A stretch of 64,000 nucleotides of DNA from Setoptus koraiensis. Taxonomy: Eukaryota > Animalia > Arthropoda. Positions 50,414-61,246 of this stretch are shown piece after piece. The DNA is taken from positions 9,424,001 through 9,488,000 of the forward strand of contig CM106586.1 in the NCBI GenBank assembly GCA_048013815.1, read 5' to 3'. Every line of letters begins with the position of its first letter. The stretch's first letter is position 1. The notes under the pieces are model-generated. The model did no database searches and was not told the DNA's origin. It worked only from the letters and a program-made list of their open reading frames with translations. A program made the translations under genes and the position numbers.

Positions 50414-50674
50414 CTGTCGGATGTGGGATACATAGGGGGGTTCGATACATAGGGATAAATTTGTGAGATTTGTGAGATTTGTTAGTTTGTGGCTTGTGAT
50501 TTATGGTGGAAAAGCGAGACAGAGTTGCGTAATATCGTCGGACGGGTTTGGCTCAGGTGGGCGCCGGTGGGCGCCGGTGGGCGCTACATTCAAAGTCATT
50601 TCACCTGGTGCGCATGGTTCCCATTGTTTGCATGGCCAGCGGGTGAGCGGGTAGGGCCAGATAAATAAACTTAC
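50414..50674 (-). other. Phase-2 intron (261 nt) splitting the FLYWCH domain at W-R|C
   Basis: Donor AG|GTAAGT and pyrimidine-rich acceptor ...cccacatccgacAG|G. Splicing gives YW-AGG(R)-CSKNRNC in frame with ORF 48577..50433. Confidence 0.88.
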
Positions 50675-50787
50675 CTCCAGTAGGTGACGTTTTTGTCGTT
50701 GTTGCAGCGCACCTTGTTGTACCTGTAACCGTCGAACAGGAGCGCGGTGCCCCCGCGTTGAGTGGGCACAAATGTTATCGTGGACAT
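50675..50787 (-). CDS. FLYWCH-type zinc-finger protein, exon 1 (not in the ORF track)
   Basis: ATG at 50787 gives MSTITFVPTQRGGTALLFDGYRYNKVRCNNDKNVTYW+AG, followed by a GTAAGT donor. A possible upstream acceptor (ttcattcAG, 4 nt before the ATG) means further 5' exons cannot be excluded. Confidence 0.88.
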
Positions 50788-52074
50788 GACGCTGAATGAA
50801 CTAGGTGCCCCCGTTTCTGGCAACTGCTTTAATTAGTCGACACTAAGCTGAGCCCTTAATTAGTTGCGCTAATTAAATTAATTAATAGCTAGATAGCGAC
50901 ACTAGTGTGTGTGTGTATTCAAATGTAAGCTTTCACAGGTAGTTGTTTTGTAACTCTAGATTCATGAGAGAGTTTAAATACAATTATAAATATATATATC
51001 GCGCCACAATGTACGTTGGCCAACGAGGTTGGTGTCAGTAGTTGTGTGGTTGTTACGTGTTGGGAGTGTCGAGCTTTGCTCGCTTTCTATCATATGTTTC
51101 TATTTAATCATACGTTTGCCATGAGATGATATCAAGTTAGAATTAATCAATTAATTAATTAGTGTGTGCGTGTTGCGACCGGCAATTGTGTGATTAACGG
51201 TAATTGTGTGATCAACGGTAATTGTGTTGCCGGTGTCGCGTTGCCAACACGTTCGTTATTGAAAGAATGAATATTGAATAGATTGAATTGGGTCGGATTA
51301 TGATGATGTGTGTGTGTGTGTGTGAATTTGACATTTGATGCAAATTGTAATACCTAATGAGATGCTGATTGTTTATATCTTGGCCCGTGTGCACAATGTG
51401 GCCACAACAAAGGTCGCCCCTCGTAGTGCTATCCTGTTGTGTGCTGCCCAATGGAGCCCCGTCGGCCCAGATAAACAAAGATCGTATCTTGTCAAGTTAG
51501 TTGTGTGTGTGTGAGGATCACAAATTTCGAATCGCTATGCGCTGGTTTATTGATGCTGATGTGCACGGTTGTATAAACGATAATAATTACTATTATCTAA
51601 CAGTGCTCATGATCACTTGGTTGTGGTGTAAATCACTGTGGGTAAATTAAAGTCATTAGATGACAATTGATCAATTGATGATGAAGCTGATTAGCTTATT
51701 AGCGCCACCGCTGGCCAGTGGCTGAGATGCGCAATTGGCTAATAGTAGTTAGTAATTAGGATAATTAGGTTGTGCTGATAATTATTGTCATCTGGGATGA
51801 CCTTGGTGCTTCGAGCTGGATCATGGGTTTGTGTGTGCTAGCTGAGCTGAGTAGCTGGCCTATATCACTAGTCGTCGTGGTTGAATGATCACGTGATTAT
51901 AAATTACATTTACATTGATATCCCAGTCATTGGATGAAGGGGCTCGAGTTTCTTCTTTCGTGCGCGCCCGGATCTCTAATTGATCTGAGCTCTGACAATG
52001 TTGTCATAAGCTGTCATAAGTGTGTTTGCCTCTGGCTCGTCCAATCCCCGCGTAATCTCTCGTGTCAACGGGCT

Positions 52075-52149
52075 AAAGTAGCGTAAAGTAGCGCAAAGTA
52101 GCGCAAAGTAGCGCAAAGTAGCGCAAATTAGCGCAAAGTAGTGCAAAGT
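52075..52149. repeat. 10-nt tandem repeat (AAAGTAGCGC) x about 7
   Basis: Read directly from the sequence. Confidence 0.92.
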
Positions 52150-54213
52150 GTAGGCGTCGAGTAGCGGGATTAGCGCGAATTTGCTAGCCGCTGCTGTTTG
52201 TTAGCCGTGGGACGCTCAGGTGAGCTAGGCTCGCCGGGTTGGCCGCTTTTGAAAAGTATCGCCAGTAATTGAGTCTATGTTGATTATATCATATCATGTA
52301 TGTGTCAGCCCACGGGCTTAGCAAGTGCTCGGCGCGTTTGTCCAATTGGCACATTGTGCAATCATGTAGCAATCAAAAATGAGCTAATCAACGCTGCTGA
52401 CACAAACGCTGCTGCTGATGACAAATTTTGATATAAATACTGTTTATCGTAATAGTATTAGTAATAAATATCGTTGTGTTGCTGTTGTTGTTTATCGAGG
52501 CGCGATCATATCGGCTACTCGGTTGTTGTTGTTGTTGTTGCTGTTGTTGTTTGAGCACAGAATTGTTGTTAATTGTTGCAACGAGCGGCAACAATTAATT
52601 ACGGGCTGAAATTCAATTCAATCAAGTTGTTATTAAACTTATTATAGTGAGACATCGCTTAGTGGCTCAATGTCGCGGATGTCGCACTCAATCACTTGGC
52701 TTGCTGGCGCAATCTTGGTTGTTGTGCGTTGTCTGTTGTGCTGTTGTAACGGCGACAGATTGCTTGTTTGTCGGCGCTGTTCATCTGGATATTATTATTA
52801 TATTTGGATATTATTATTATATCTGGATATCGTGTCTGGACATTATATCCGGACGCTTGTATCCGGATATTTGTGTCTGGATATTTATGTCTGGATGCTG
52901 ATTTTGGTTGGCGCTGGTCACTGCTGCTACTACTGTGATACCATTGGTCACTAATCGACCGCTCGCCCGACGCAACGAGCGCCAAATAGCCAGCTCCCGC
53001 GACAGGTGAGTTCGACGGGCGAGTTCGACGGGCGAGTTCGACAGGTGAGTTCGACAGGTGAGTGGGCAAGGCTCGCCAGTTGTTGCTCAATCAATTACAA
53101 GTGGGGCCTCGCTGGCCAGTGGCTGTTGCTGGTGCGCGGTGTGTGTGCAATGTGGCGCACTGTACAATGAACAGCGATGATATCGGATGCAAGTGACACA
53201 AGTGCTGTTGATGTCGCTGTTGTTGATGCTGTTGTTGTTCTGTTGTTGATGCTGTTGATGCTGCCGTTGATGTCGCTGTTGCTGTTGTCGATGTCGCTGT
53301 TGCGGTTGGTGTTGTTGCTGCTGCGGCTGGCACAACAATGGCTAATTGATTACAATCATTGTGTGTCGTCGTTTTGATGCGTAGGTGTGTTTAGATAATA
53401 ATGCAGGTGAAACATGCGCGCTATATAAATATAAATATATGTGCATGCTGCTGTTGTTGTTGTGTCTATTTTGGAACAATGTGTGTTTGTTAATTAATTT
53501 AATGATAACAATATATCACCGGCAGCGCACTCACTAATGTGTATTATGATAGTGATTCAGCATTATCGTGCTCGCTGGCTTGCTTGCTTTGTCGGCCATC
53601 AAACAGTCGCGACGGAGGCCATTGTTGTGGTGCTGTTGTTGCCGTTGCTGTGGTTGTGGTTGTTGTTGTTGTTGTCGTTGCTGTTGTTGTTGTTGTTGTT
53701 GTTGTCGTTGCTGTTGTTGCTTTGGCCGTGGTTGCTTGCGTGCTTAATTGTCTGACACATCACTCGACGTCTAATCGCGCACTGGCTTGCCGTTGGGCCT
53801 CGCTCGGCCCGCTGATGCGACCAACTGCTGAGACCAACTGTTGCTGCTCAATCACGATGCACACTGCTCACTGTGTGACATACGATCACAATAACACGTT
53901 ACGATGTGCGATGCGGGGACCGCTCGCCACTTCCGGCGCCCAACACGTCGCTGGTGTCGCCCCTGTCGGCTGTCGATTTGGGTTTTTCAGTCGGATTTGG
54001 GAGTGGGCAAGTCACAGGGCGCTGAGTAACTGCCTATCTGGCTCCACTGTGACTGCTGGCGTGCTCTGGCGGCGGGGCGCCCACTTCGGCTTGATATCGA
54101 GCAGTCGATATCCGACCATGAATAATTAGCTTGGCCGGTAGTTGCGGCGCGCTATCGGTAGTTGCGGCGCGATGTCGGTAGTTGCGGCGCGATGTCGGTG
54201 GTGCGTATATGCG

Positions 54214-54214
<1 letters not shown>

Positions 54215-54266
<52 letters not shown>
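54215..54266. repeat. (TG)26 microsatellite
   Basis: Read directly from the sequence. Confidence 0.97.
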
Positions 54267-54267
<1 letters not shown>

Positions 54268-55012
54268 CGATAAAGTTGCTCGGCTGATGTGATCGGTGTG
54301 TAGGCCGTCGCAGCGACTCGTCGGATAAAAGTCGTCGAATCTTGCAAACTTCAAAACGAAATAAATTGATGAATTTAATTAAACAAACTTGCGCCGGCGC
54401 GTTAAGTAATAACAACACACTGGCTGCTGATCGCTGGTTCGTTTGTTAGCTTGTTTGCCAGCTCGCTAGTTAGTGAGTGAGTAAGTGAGTGAGTTAGTGA
54501 GTGAGTTGGTTAGTTAGTTAGTTAGTCAGTTTGTTAGTTTGTTTGTTTGTTTGTTTGTGTTGGGCTGTGTGGATGCTGTTGGTAGCGCACACTGACACAC
54601 ACTGACACAGGTTGTTGAGATTGCGATGCAACCACTTGTTGTCGATCTGTCTGTCTATCTGTTGATGTTGCTATTGTGCCGCATGTGTAGTAGTGGTGCT
54701 GGTTGCGGTGTTATTCTAGTCATAGTTGAATAATCGTTAATCGCTGTTTGTAGTTGCAGTTGTTGCTGTTGCTGTTGCTGCTGTTGCAGTTGCGGCGGTT
54801 GCTGCAGTAGTTGTTGTCATCGTAGCACTAGTTGAATTGGCCAACGACGTCTTGGTTCAATCGCGGCGCAACACGCCAATATCAACAGTAACAACAGCGT
54901 AACTAGCGTTGTAACAACTAACTAACCTGTCGAGTGGCTGCGCGAAAGCGAATTCGCGCTGCCTTATCCCAACGCTATTACCACTAGCTAGCCAGCTACG
55001 GCGCACCACCGG

Positions 55013-55060
<48 letters not shown>

Positions 55061-55448
55061 CCAAAGTTGCGCCACTGTGCCAAATCGCGCCAAACTGCGC
55101 TCAGGTGAGCATAGGTGAGCACAGGTGAGCGGGCCCGTGGACAGTGCCGAGTAGTAGCCCGGTTGTGTGGCGCCCTCTGGCAGCGATGGCAGCGGAAGAC
55201 GCTGCAAACCGGCGCACATGCACACTTGTCACATTTGGCTAACTCTTGCTGCTCAACTGGATCGCTGGCGTCGCCTGCCATCGGTCAGCCCGCTCGCAGC
55301 GCCCAGTCGCCTCCCCTCCCGGCGCACACACACACACACACACACCGACAGCTACCTGTTGCCCACTCGCTCACAGTTGTCAGTCTCGGCAACCACTGAC
55401 AGCGCCAACTGCACAAGCTCACCTGTGCTCGCCTGCTCTCATATGCTC

Positions 55449-55526
55449 GCCCGCTCACCTGTTCTCACATGTGCGCCCGCTCGCCTGTTCTCACATGTGC
55501 GCCCGCTCACCTGTTCTCACATGTGC
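55449..55526. repeat. 26-nt tandem repeat x3 (GCCCGCTCACCTGTTCTCACATGTGC)
   Basis: Units start at 55449, 55475 and 55501; the middle unit has CACCTG changed to CGCCTG. Confidence 0.95.
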
Positions 55527-58500
55527 GCCCGTGCGGCACAGGCTGTGCCCACCTGAGCTCGGCTTGCTTGTGACTTGTGGCTTCTTGGCGAGGCCAGTTC
55601 GCACTTGTCGCCGGCTCACCTGTGCGCAACGCGCCCTCTCAAGCGTGCGCGGCCAACAGCAGCGCGATTAAACGAATTAAGACGACGAGTCGCCAAATTC
55701 GTATCATGGCGCGGCCGTACGCTGCCCCTGCGACACCGATGGGCCACGCAGCAGCCTCACCTGGCCACAGGCTCACCTGGGTCGCCAATGACAGCTCAAC
55801 ATGACAACCGGCTCATTCATGGCTCGTCGGTGGCTCGTCGGTGGCTCGTCGGCGGCTCATTCGTGGCTCATGCCACTGGCGTGATGCGAAACATGCCGCC
55901 GACAGGTGAGTGCATAGGCCACAACGCACTGTGCGCCAGTTAGCCGTGCCAGTGGCTCGCTTGCGTGCCCTCTGTAAATTGAGAATTGAGCTTGGCCGAA
56001 ATCAATTTGATATGACAATTTCGCTCGCTCGCCATCTTGCTGCCCTCAGGTGAGTGCGAGCCACTCGAATGGGAGCCACTCGAGTGCGAGGCCCGCTAAC
56101 AAACTCGAGCCGCTCGTCGGTACCTGTGGCCATCTAGCGGCGGTGCCCATGCTCAATCAATCATGTTTGTGAACTGTTACAGTTCATAGCCAACACGAAC
56201 AGCCCGCGTCGGGGCATCCGTAGAGGCGGCGGTAGAGGCGGCGGTAGAGGCATCTGCCCGACGGCCTCCGCAGACGCAGCGCAAAATCAGAGCCGCAACT
56301 GTCAGATATCGCCAAACATCCATTGGCAGCAATGTCTCATTGCCAATGAGTCATTGGCCATAATTAATGATCCGATTGACATTGGAAATTTGATATGATT
56401 TCATGAAATCGATAATGTCGATTTGATGCAATCACTGCCTGGACATACATGGATATTCACGGGTATGCATGGATGTTCATGGGTAGGCATGGATATTCAT
56501 GGACATACATGGATATTCATGGGTGAACATGGATAAATGAGGATACAAGGGGAGATAGGTGGACGATGGTGGCGCCGGCATTGTCGCGGTGCCACCATTG
56601 GCGACATTGGCCGAGGCCGCGGCCCCAAAACATCGTCGCATCAAAGTCGGAGAGTGAAAATCAGAGTCAAAGTCAGAATGATAATGATAATCACTCTGTG
56701 ACCCCGTGACCTCATGACCTCGGCAAGCCGCTACACTCGGGCTGACAAGCTTGTTGCCGGGCATGCTGACTTTGATTTCATACGTAGATCGATAGTCGCC
56801 GGCTGATTGATGGTCCGCAGGTCCGCAGGTCTGCAGGCCCGCGGAATCGCGCCGGGCCCGACAGAGCGGCCTCTGGCCAGTGTGCCCGACGCACCCGATG
56901 CGCCCGACACACCGCGACTGGTCGGTGTTGACCATCTTCGGCCGGGCTCCCACTGGCCAAGCTGTGGCGCCCAGTCGACGTGTGTGGCCGCACCGACCGA
57001 TTCCATGATGACGCCGGCCGGGCCAACATGCTGGGAATGTTTCCAAAGCGCCAACAAAACCGAATGGACAGGCGAGGAGCTCAGGTGAGTTTGAGAGTCT
57101 GTGTCTCAATCAGTTGATCAGGCAAACAACAGAGAGCGGACAGAGAATCAATTGTGATCGGTTGGTCATTTCGGTGTGCGAAATGATGGCGCAAGCCGGC
57201 CAATCACACAAACATAAGTTATGGTATTAGTAGTAGTTTCAAAAATGAAAAATAATCAATGATAAATCACATTGAATAATAAGCTGGCATTGCACGCTTA
57301 TGCCAGAGCCAACAATTTGTGCATTTATGCAAGCATTTATCGGTATTGGAGACAATTAGCATGAGGATGCAGTATTTGGCGAGCGAGTGTGAGACCAAGT
57401 CGCCAACAGGTAGGCGATTGGTTGCGCAATCAGCGCCGCACAAACAAAACACACACATAGTACATGAAACTTCACAACAGCAACAGCAACAGCAGCAACA
57501 ACAACAACAGCAACAACAACAACAACCGTGACCATGCCAACCACAACTACTCGGCTCAATTAGCCAATCGGCCAATGCTCGCTACTTGTTGTCTCGCCGC
57601 CGAAGCTGAGAATGCACAACTACGGCGCAATTAAAGCACGACAGCTCGCTGTGGTTGTGCTGCAGTTGTGCTCACCTGTCGTACCTAGAACAGACAGCGA
57701 CAGCAACAACAGCAACAACGGCAACAACAAGTCGGGCTCAAGTGGCAGCGCGGTCAAGTATCATCAATTGGCCAGTTTGTTTGTTTGTTTGTTTGTTTGT
57801 TGATCAGTCGCCATTCACAACAGTGTCAGACCATTCGGCTGACCTGTTGCGCAACGGCCTGCTGTTGTTGTTGTCGTTGTTGCGCAATCGCTCTCTTGAT
57901 TGGCTCCATTATCAGCAAGCCATGCCAATGGGCGCCCGCTATGTCAGCTGATCGAGTTGTGGGTGCCGCATGCTGGCCGCTGGCCGGCTCGACGTGGCCG
58001 ATGAAATTCTAATCTTGGCCCAACTGGCAAGCCGATGCCATCGCCAGTGTTCGCTGTCGTCGTTGGTGTCGTTGTTGTTGTCGCTGCTGCTGTTGCTGTT
58101 GTTGTCGTTGTTGCTGTCGCTGCAGTGGTTGTTGGTGTTGTTGTCGTTGGTGTCATTGGCGTCGTTGGTGTCGCTTTTGCTAGCGGCGATGTCGCATTGT
58201 TGTGAGCCGCGGGCCAGGCGTGTTTGTCATTGATGATAATATCATTGTATTGCCCAATGGAATCGCATTTTGTCAGCCTCACGCAACACACACACAAGCA
58301 AAGCCAAAGTATGCCTAAAGAGCCATGACAAGCGCAAATAATGTGTCTTGTAAAGCAACAACAATACGCTCACCTGTACCACTGCGCCAAAGTAGAGATA
58401 TTACGTAACAAGCTTAACGTTAACCTGTTGTGTGCAGTCCACATTGTGCTATGGCTTTGGTAGCAGTGAGCAGGCAACTGTAAACGGCCATGGCGCTAGA

Positions 58501-60460
58501 CGATGCAGACGAGAGGTGGGCATAAAAGGAGGGGACGCGAAGGATGGCACAATTGTGGAAATTGTGAAAATTGTGCAAATTGTCGAGCTTGTTGAAATTG
58601 TCGAAATTGTTGAAATCGTTGAAATCGTTGAAATCGTTGAAGGAGGAAATGAGACACAAGACAACACATTGGCTAATTATAGAACTCATATCAAGTTGTG
58701 TCGCCGACAGGTGAGCTGTTGTTGTTGGTGTCGTTGTCGTTGTTGTTGTCGCTGTTGTCGTGTGGGGATACAACAATATATCACCGACATTGGCGAACAA
58801 GAGTCAGTGGGTTGTCACTTGTTGTTTGTTTGTCGTGTCTCATGAGCGCGATGCCAAAATCAAGCGCCGTGTAACTGATGATAAACGATGATAACCAGGC
58901 ACTTTTTGTGTTAACTTGTTGACTAGACACAATGCTAATTATGCCAAGACCGTCACACTCGCACAACAGCAACAGCAACAAAACAGCGACAGCAACGCCA
59001 ACAACGGCGACACCTTTTTTCTTGGCTGTGTGTCGGCACGACAGTTACGCAACAATGCTCAGCAGTTGTGACTCGCAACTTGCGACCAGTTGTCTCGACA
59101 AGTGTCCAGTCTGTTTGCCAGACATGACACGTGGCAGCGTTGACAAATGGCGACAATCTCGGCACAATCTCGGCTCAATCTCGGCACAATCTCGGCACGA
59201 CAACGTCTCGACAGGCGCTGTCTAGGTGGCCCTCGTCTAGGCGGCTCTCGTCTGGGTGGCGTGTGGTCGATCGGACACGACCGGTCACAAGCCGCCGCTG
59301 ACCGAACGGCCGCGAATAAACGCGAACGTGACGTAACACCAAGTGACCAAGTGACCGAATGCGCTCGTCGGTCGCTAGAGGCGCCTCGCTGACAACAACA
59401 CGCAAACGACCACTGACAACAACAACAACAATACCGATTGAGACATCGCCGCTGACAGTTACGTCTGCCGACCTGTCAACTCGGCGCAGACAATGGCCAC
59501 TTTTGTAAACATGAACGCTTATATGAATATAAACGCTCATATTTATATAAGCGTTTATATGATATCCATATATGAATACAAAAGCGAACGCACATATGCA
59601 TAAATGGACAGCGCGTTGGCATATGCTCATATCCATGTATAGGCTAGTTGGCTAAAAAACAGCGACACATTGATGTGGCAACTTTTGCATGGGGGCACAA
59701 AAAGTTTATATTAAAAACAAGACTAGACACTTGTTGCGACCGGCAACCAACTGGCTGCTGTAGTATGTGCGCAAACGGCTGACGCAATCAAAATATCTCG
59801 CTCTTTGCATTGGAGTGTTGCTCGGTTTGTGGCCGGCTCAGGTGAGCCTATCGCTCAGGTGAGCTGTCCATGGCTATGTCAGTCTGCGGCTATGTCAGTC
59901 TATGGATATGTCAGGCGCCGTCAGCTGACGGCTGGCTTGGCGGGTGTCGGCGAGCAAGGTATCGAGTGTGTTGTGGGCTACGAGTTAAGGCCGAATCGTA
60001 CATAATACAATAAAGCGTATACAAAATAGTAAAAATAAAAAGTATAAATAAGGTAGCGAGTGCCAATAAAATGAGTGCCGTCGACAGTTGGCCAACTGTG
60101 CGCCACTGTGCCGACTCGACAAAGTTACGCAAATGTGCACATACGCGCAGTATCATCATGATACTATTATTGTATGTACAGGCAGTTTCCAGTTGGCGAA
60201 ACTGTGCACAAGTGGCACAGAAGCAGTGGCACAGAAGCAGGCGGATAATGGGAGGCGCTCGGTGGCGGGCCGGCGAGATCGGCGCCATTGGGAGCTGCGG
60301 CGAAAGAGTTGCAACGATGTAGCCGCATGAGACGGCATGCAAGCGGCTATTAGCCGTAGACGTATTAGTAGTAGTCGAGTCTGAGAGAGTTGTCTAATAA
60401 TATTAATGTGACCACCACCGCATGAGCCTGGCACACAGATAGAGCTCACAGATAGAGCTC

Positions 60461-60466
<6 letters not shown>

Positions 60467-60496
<30 letters not shown>
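60467..60496. repeat. (AG)15 microsatellite
   Basis: Read directly from the sequence. Confidence 0.95.
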
Positions 60497-60500
<4 letters not shown>

Positions 60501-60572
60501 AGGGTTGCGCAAATGATAAATTAGCAACAGGCCACTGGGCACAAATGGCAGCACCATCTCGACAACAGCCAA

Positions 60573-60656
60573 CAGGTAACAGGCGACAGGTAAGAGGCAA
60601 CAGGTAAGAGGCAACAGCCAACAGGTAACAGGTAAGAGGCAACAGCCAGCAGGTAA
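60573..60656. repeat. Compound repeat with six CAGGTAA in 84 bp
   Basis: CAGGTAA at 60573, 60587, 60601, 60622, 60629 and 60650. Confidence 0.9.
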
Positions 60657-60882
60657 CAGGCATGAAAGCAGAGGAGGAATAACGAAGAAGTTTATGAGTT
60701 TAGGTGAAAAACTCGCCAATAACGAAGCCTATAGTTGAATGGTCTTACATAATATGACCACGACGATTTTTGTCTATGCGATGATGGTGACCAAAATCTA
60801 CATTGCACAGGTGCATTCTATTATGGCATGAACACTGTTCATGTGTAGCAACACGGTGAGATATATACACATTATTGCACTC

Positions 60883-60960
60883 AGATACTGTATATATATA
60901 CAGAGATACTGTATATATATACAGAGATACTGTATATATATACAGAGATACTGTATATAT
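60883..60960. repeat. 21-nt tandem repeat x about 3.7; each full unit contains the 16-bp palindrome CTGTATATATATACAG
   Basis: Read directly from the sequence. Confidence 0.9.
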
Positions 60961-61163
60961 AGAGAGAGATATATAGAGAGGTACATGTATAATTAGAGTC
61001 GTTGTTTACTGCTGGGCACAGACGCTCGTTGCGAGCCGGCCCGATACGCCGGCCAAAGTCACCTGGTTGAGCACATTCAACATTAAATAATACCATTACA
61101 TAACATATTAGCCAGTGCCAGTCGTTCATTACTGCCATTGCCATTGGGCTTGTTGCAACTTGC

Positions 61164-61164
<1 letters not shown>

Positions 61165-61240
<76 letters not shown>
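61165..61240. repeat. (AC)38 microsatellite
   Basis: Read directly from the sequence. Confidence 0.97.

Positions 61241-61246
<6 letters not shown>

Noticed and set aside
52075-54200. Short regularly repeated units resembling CRISPR arrays
   Set aside because: The context is eukaryotic, and the units are directly adjacent with no unique spacers and no cas genes.
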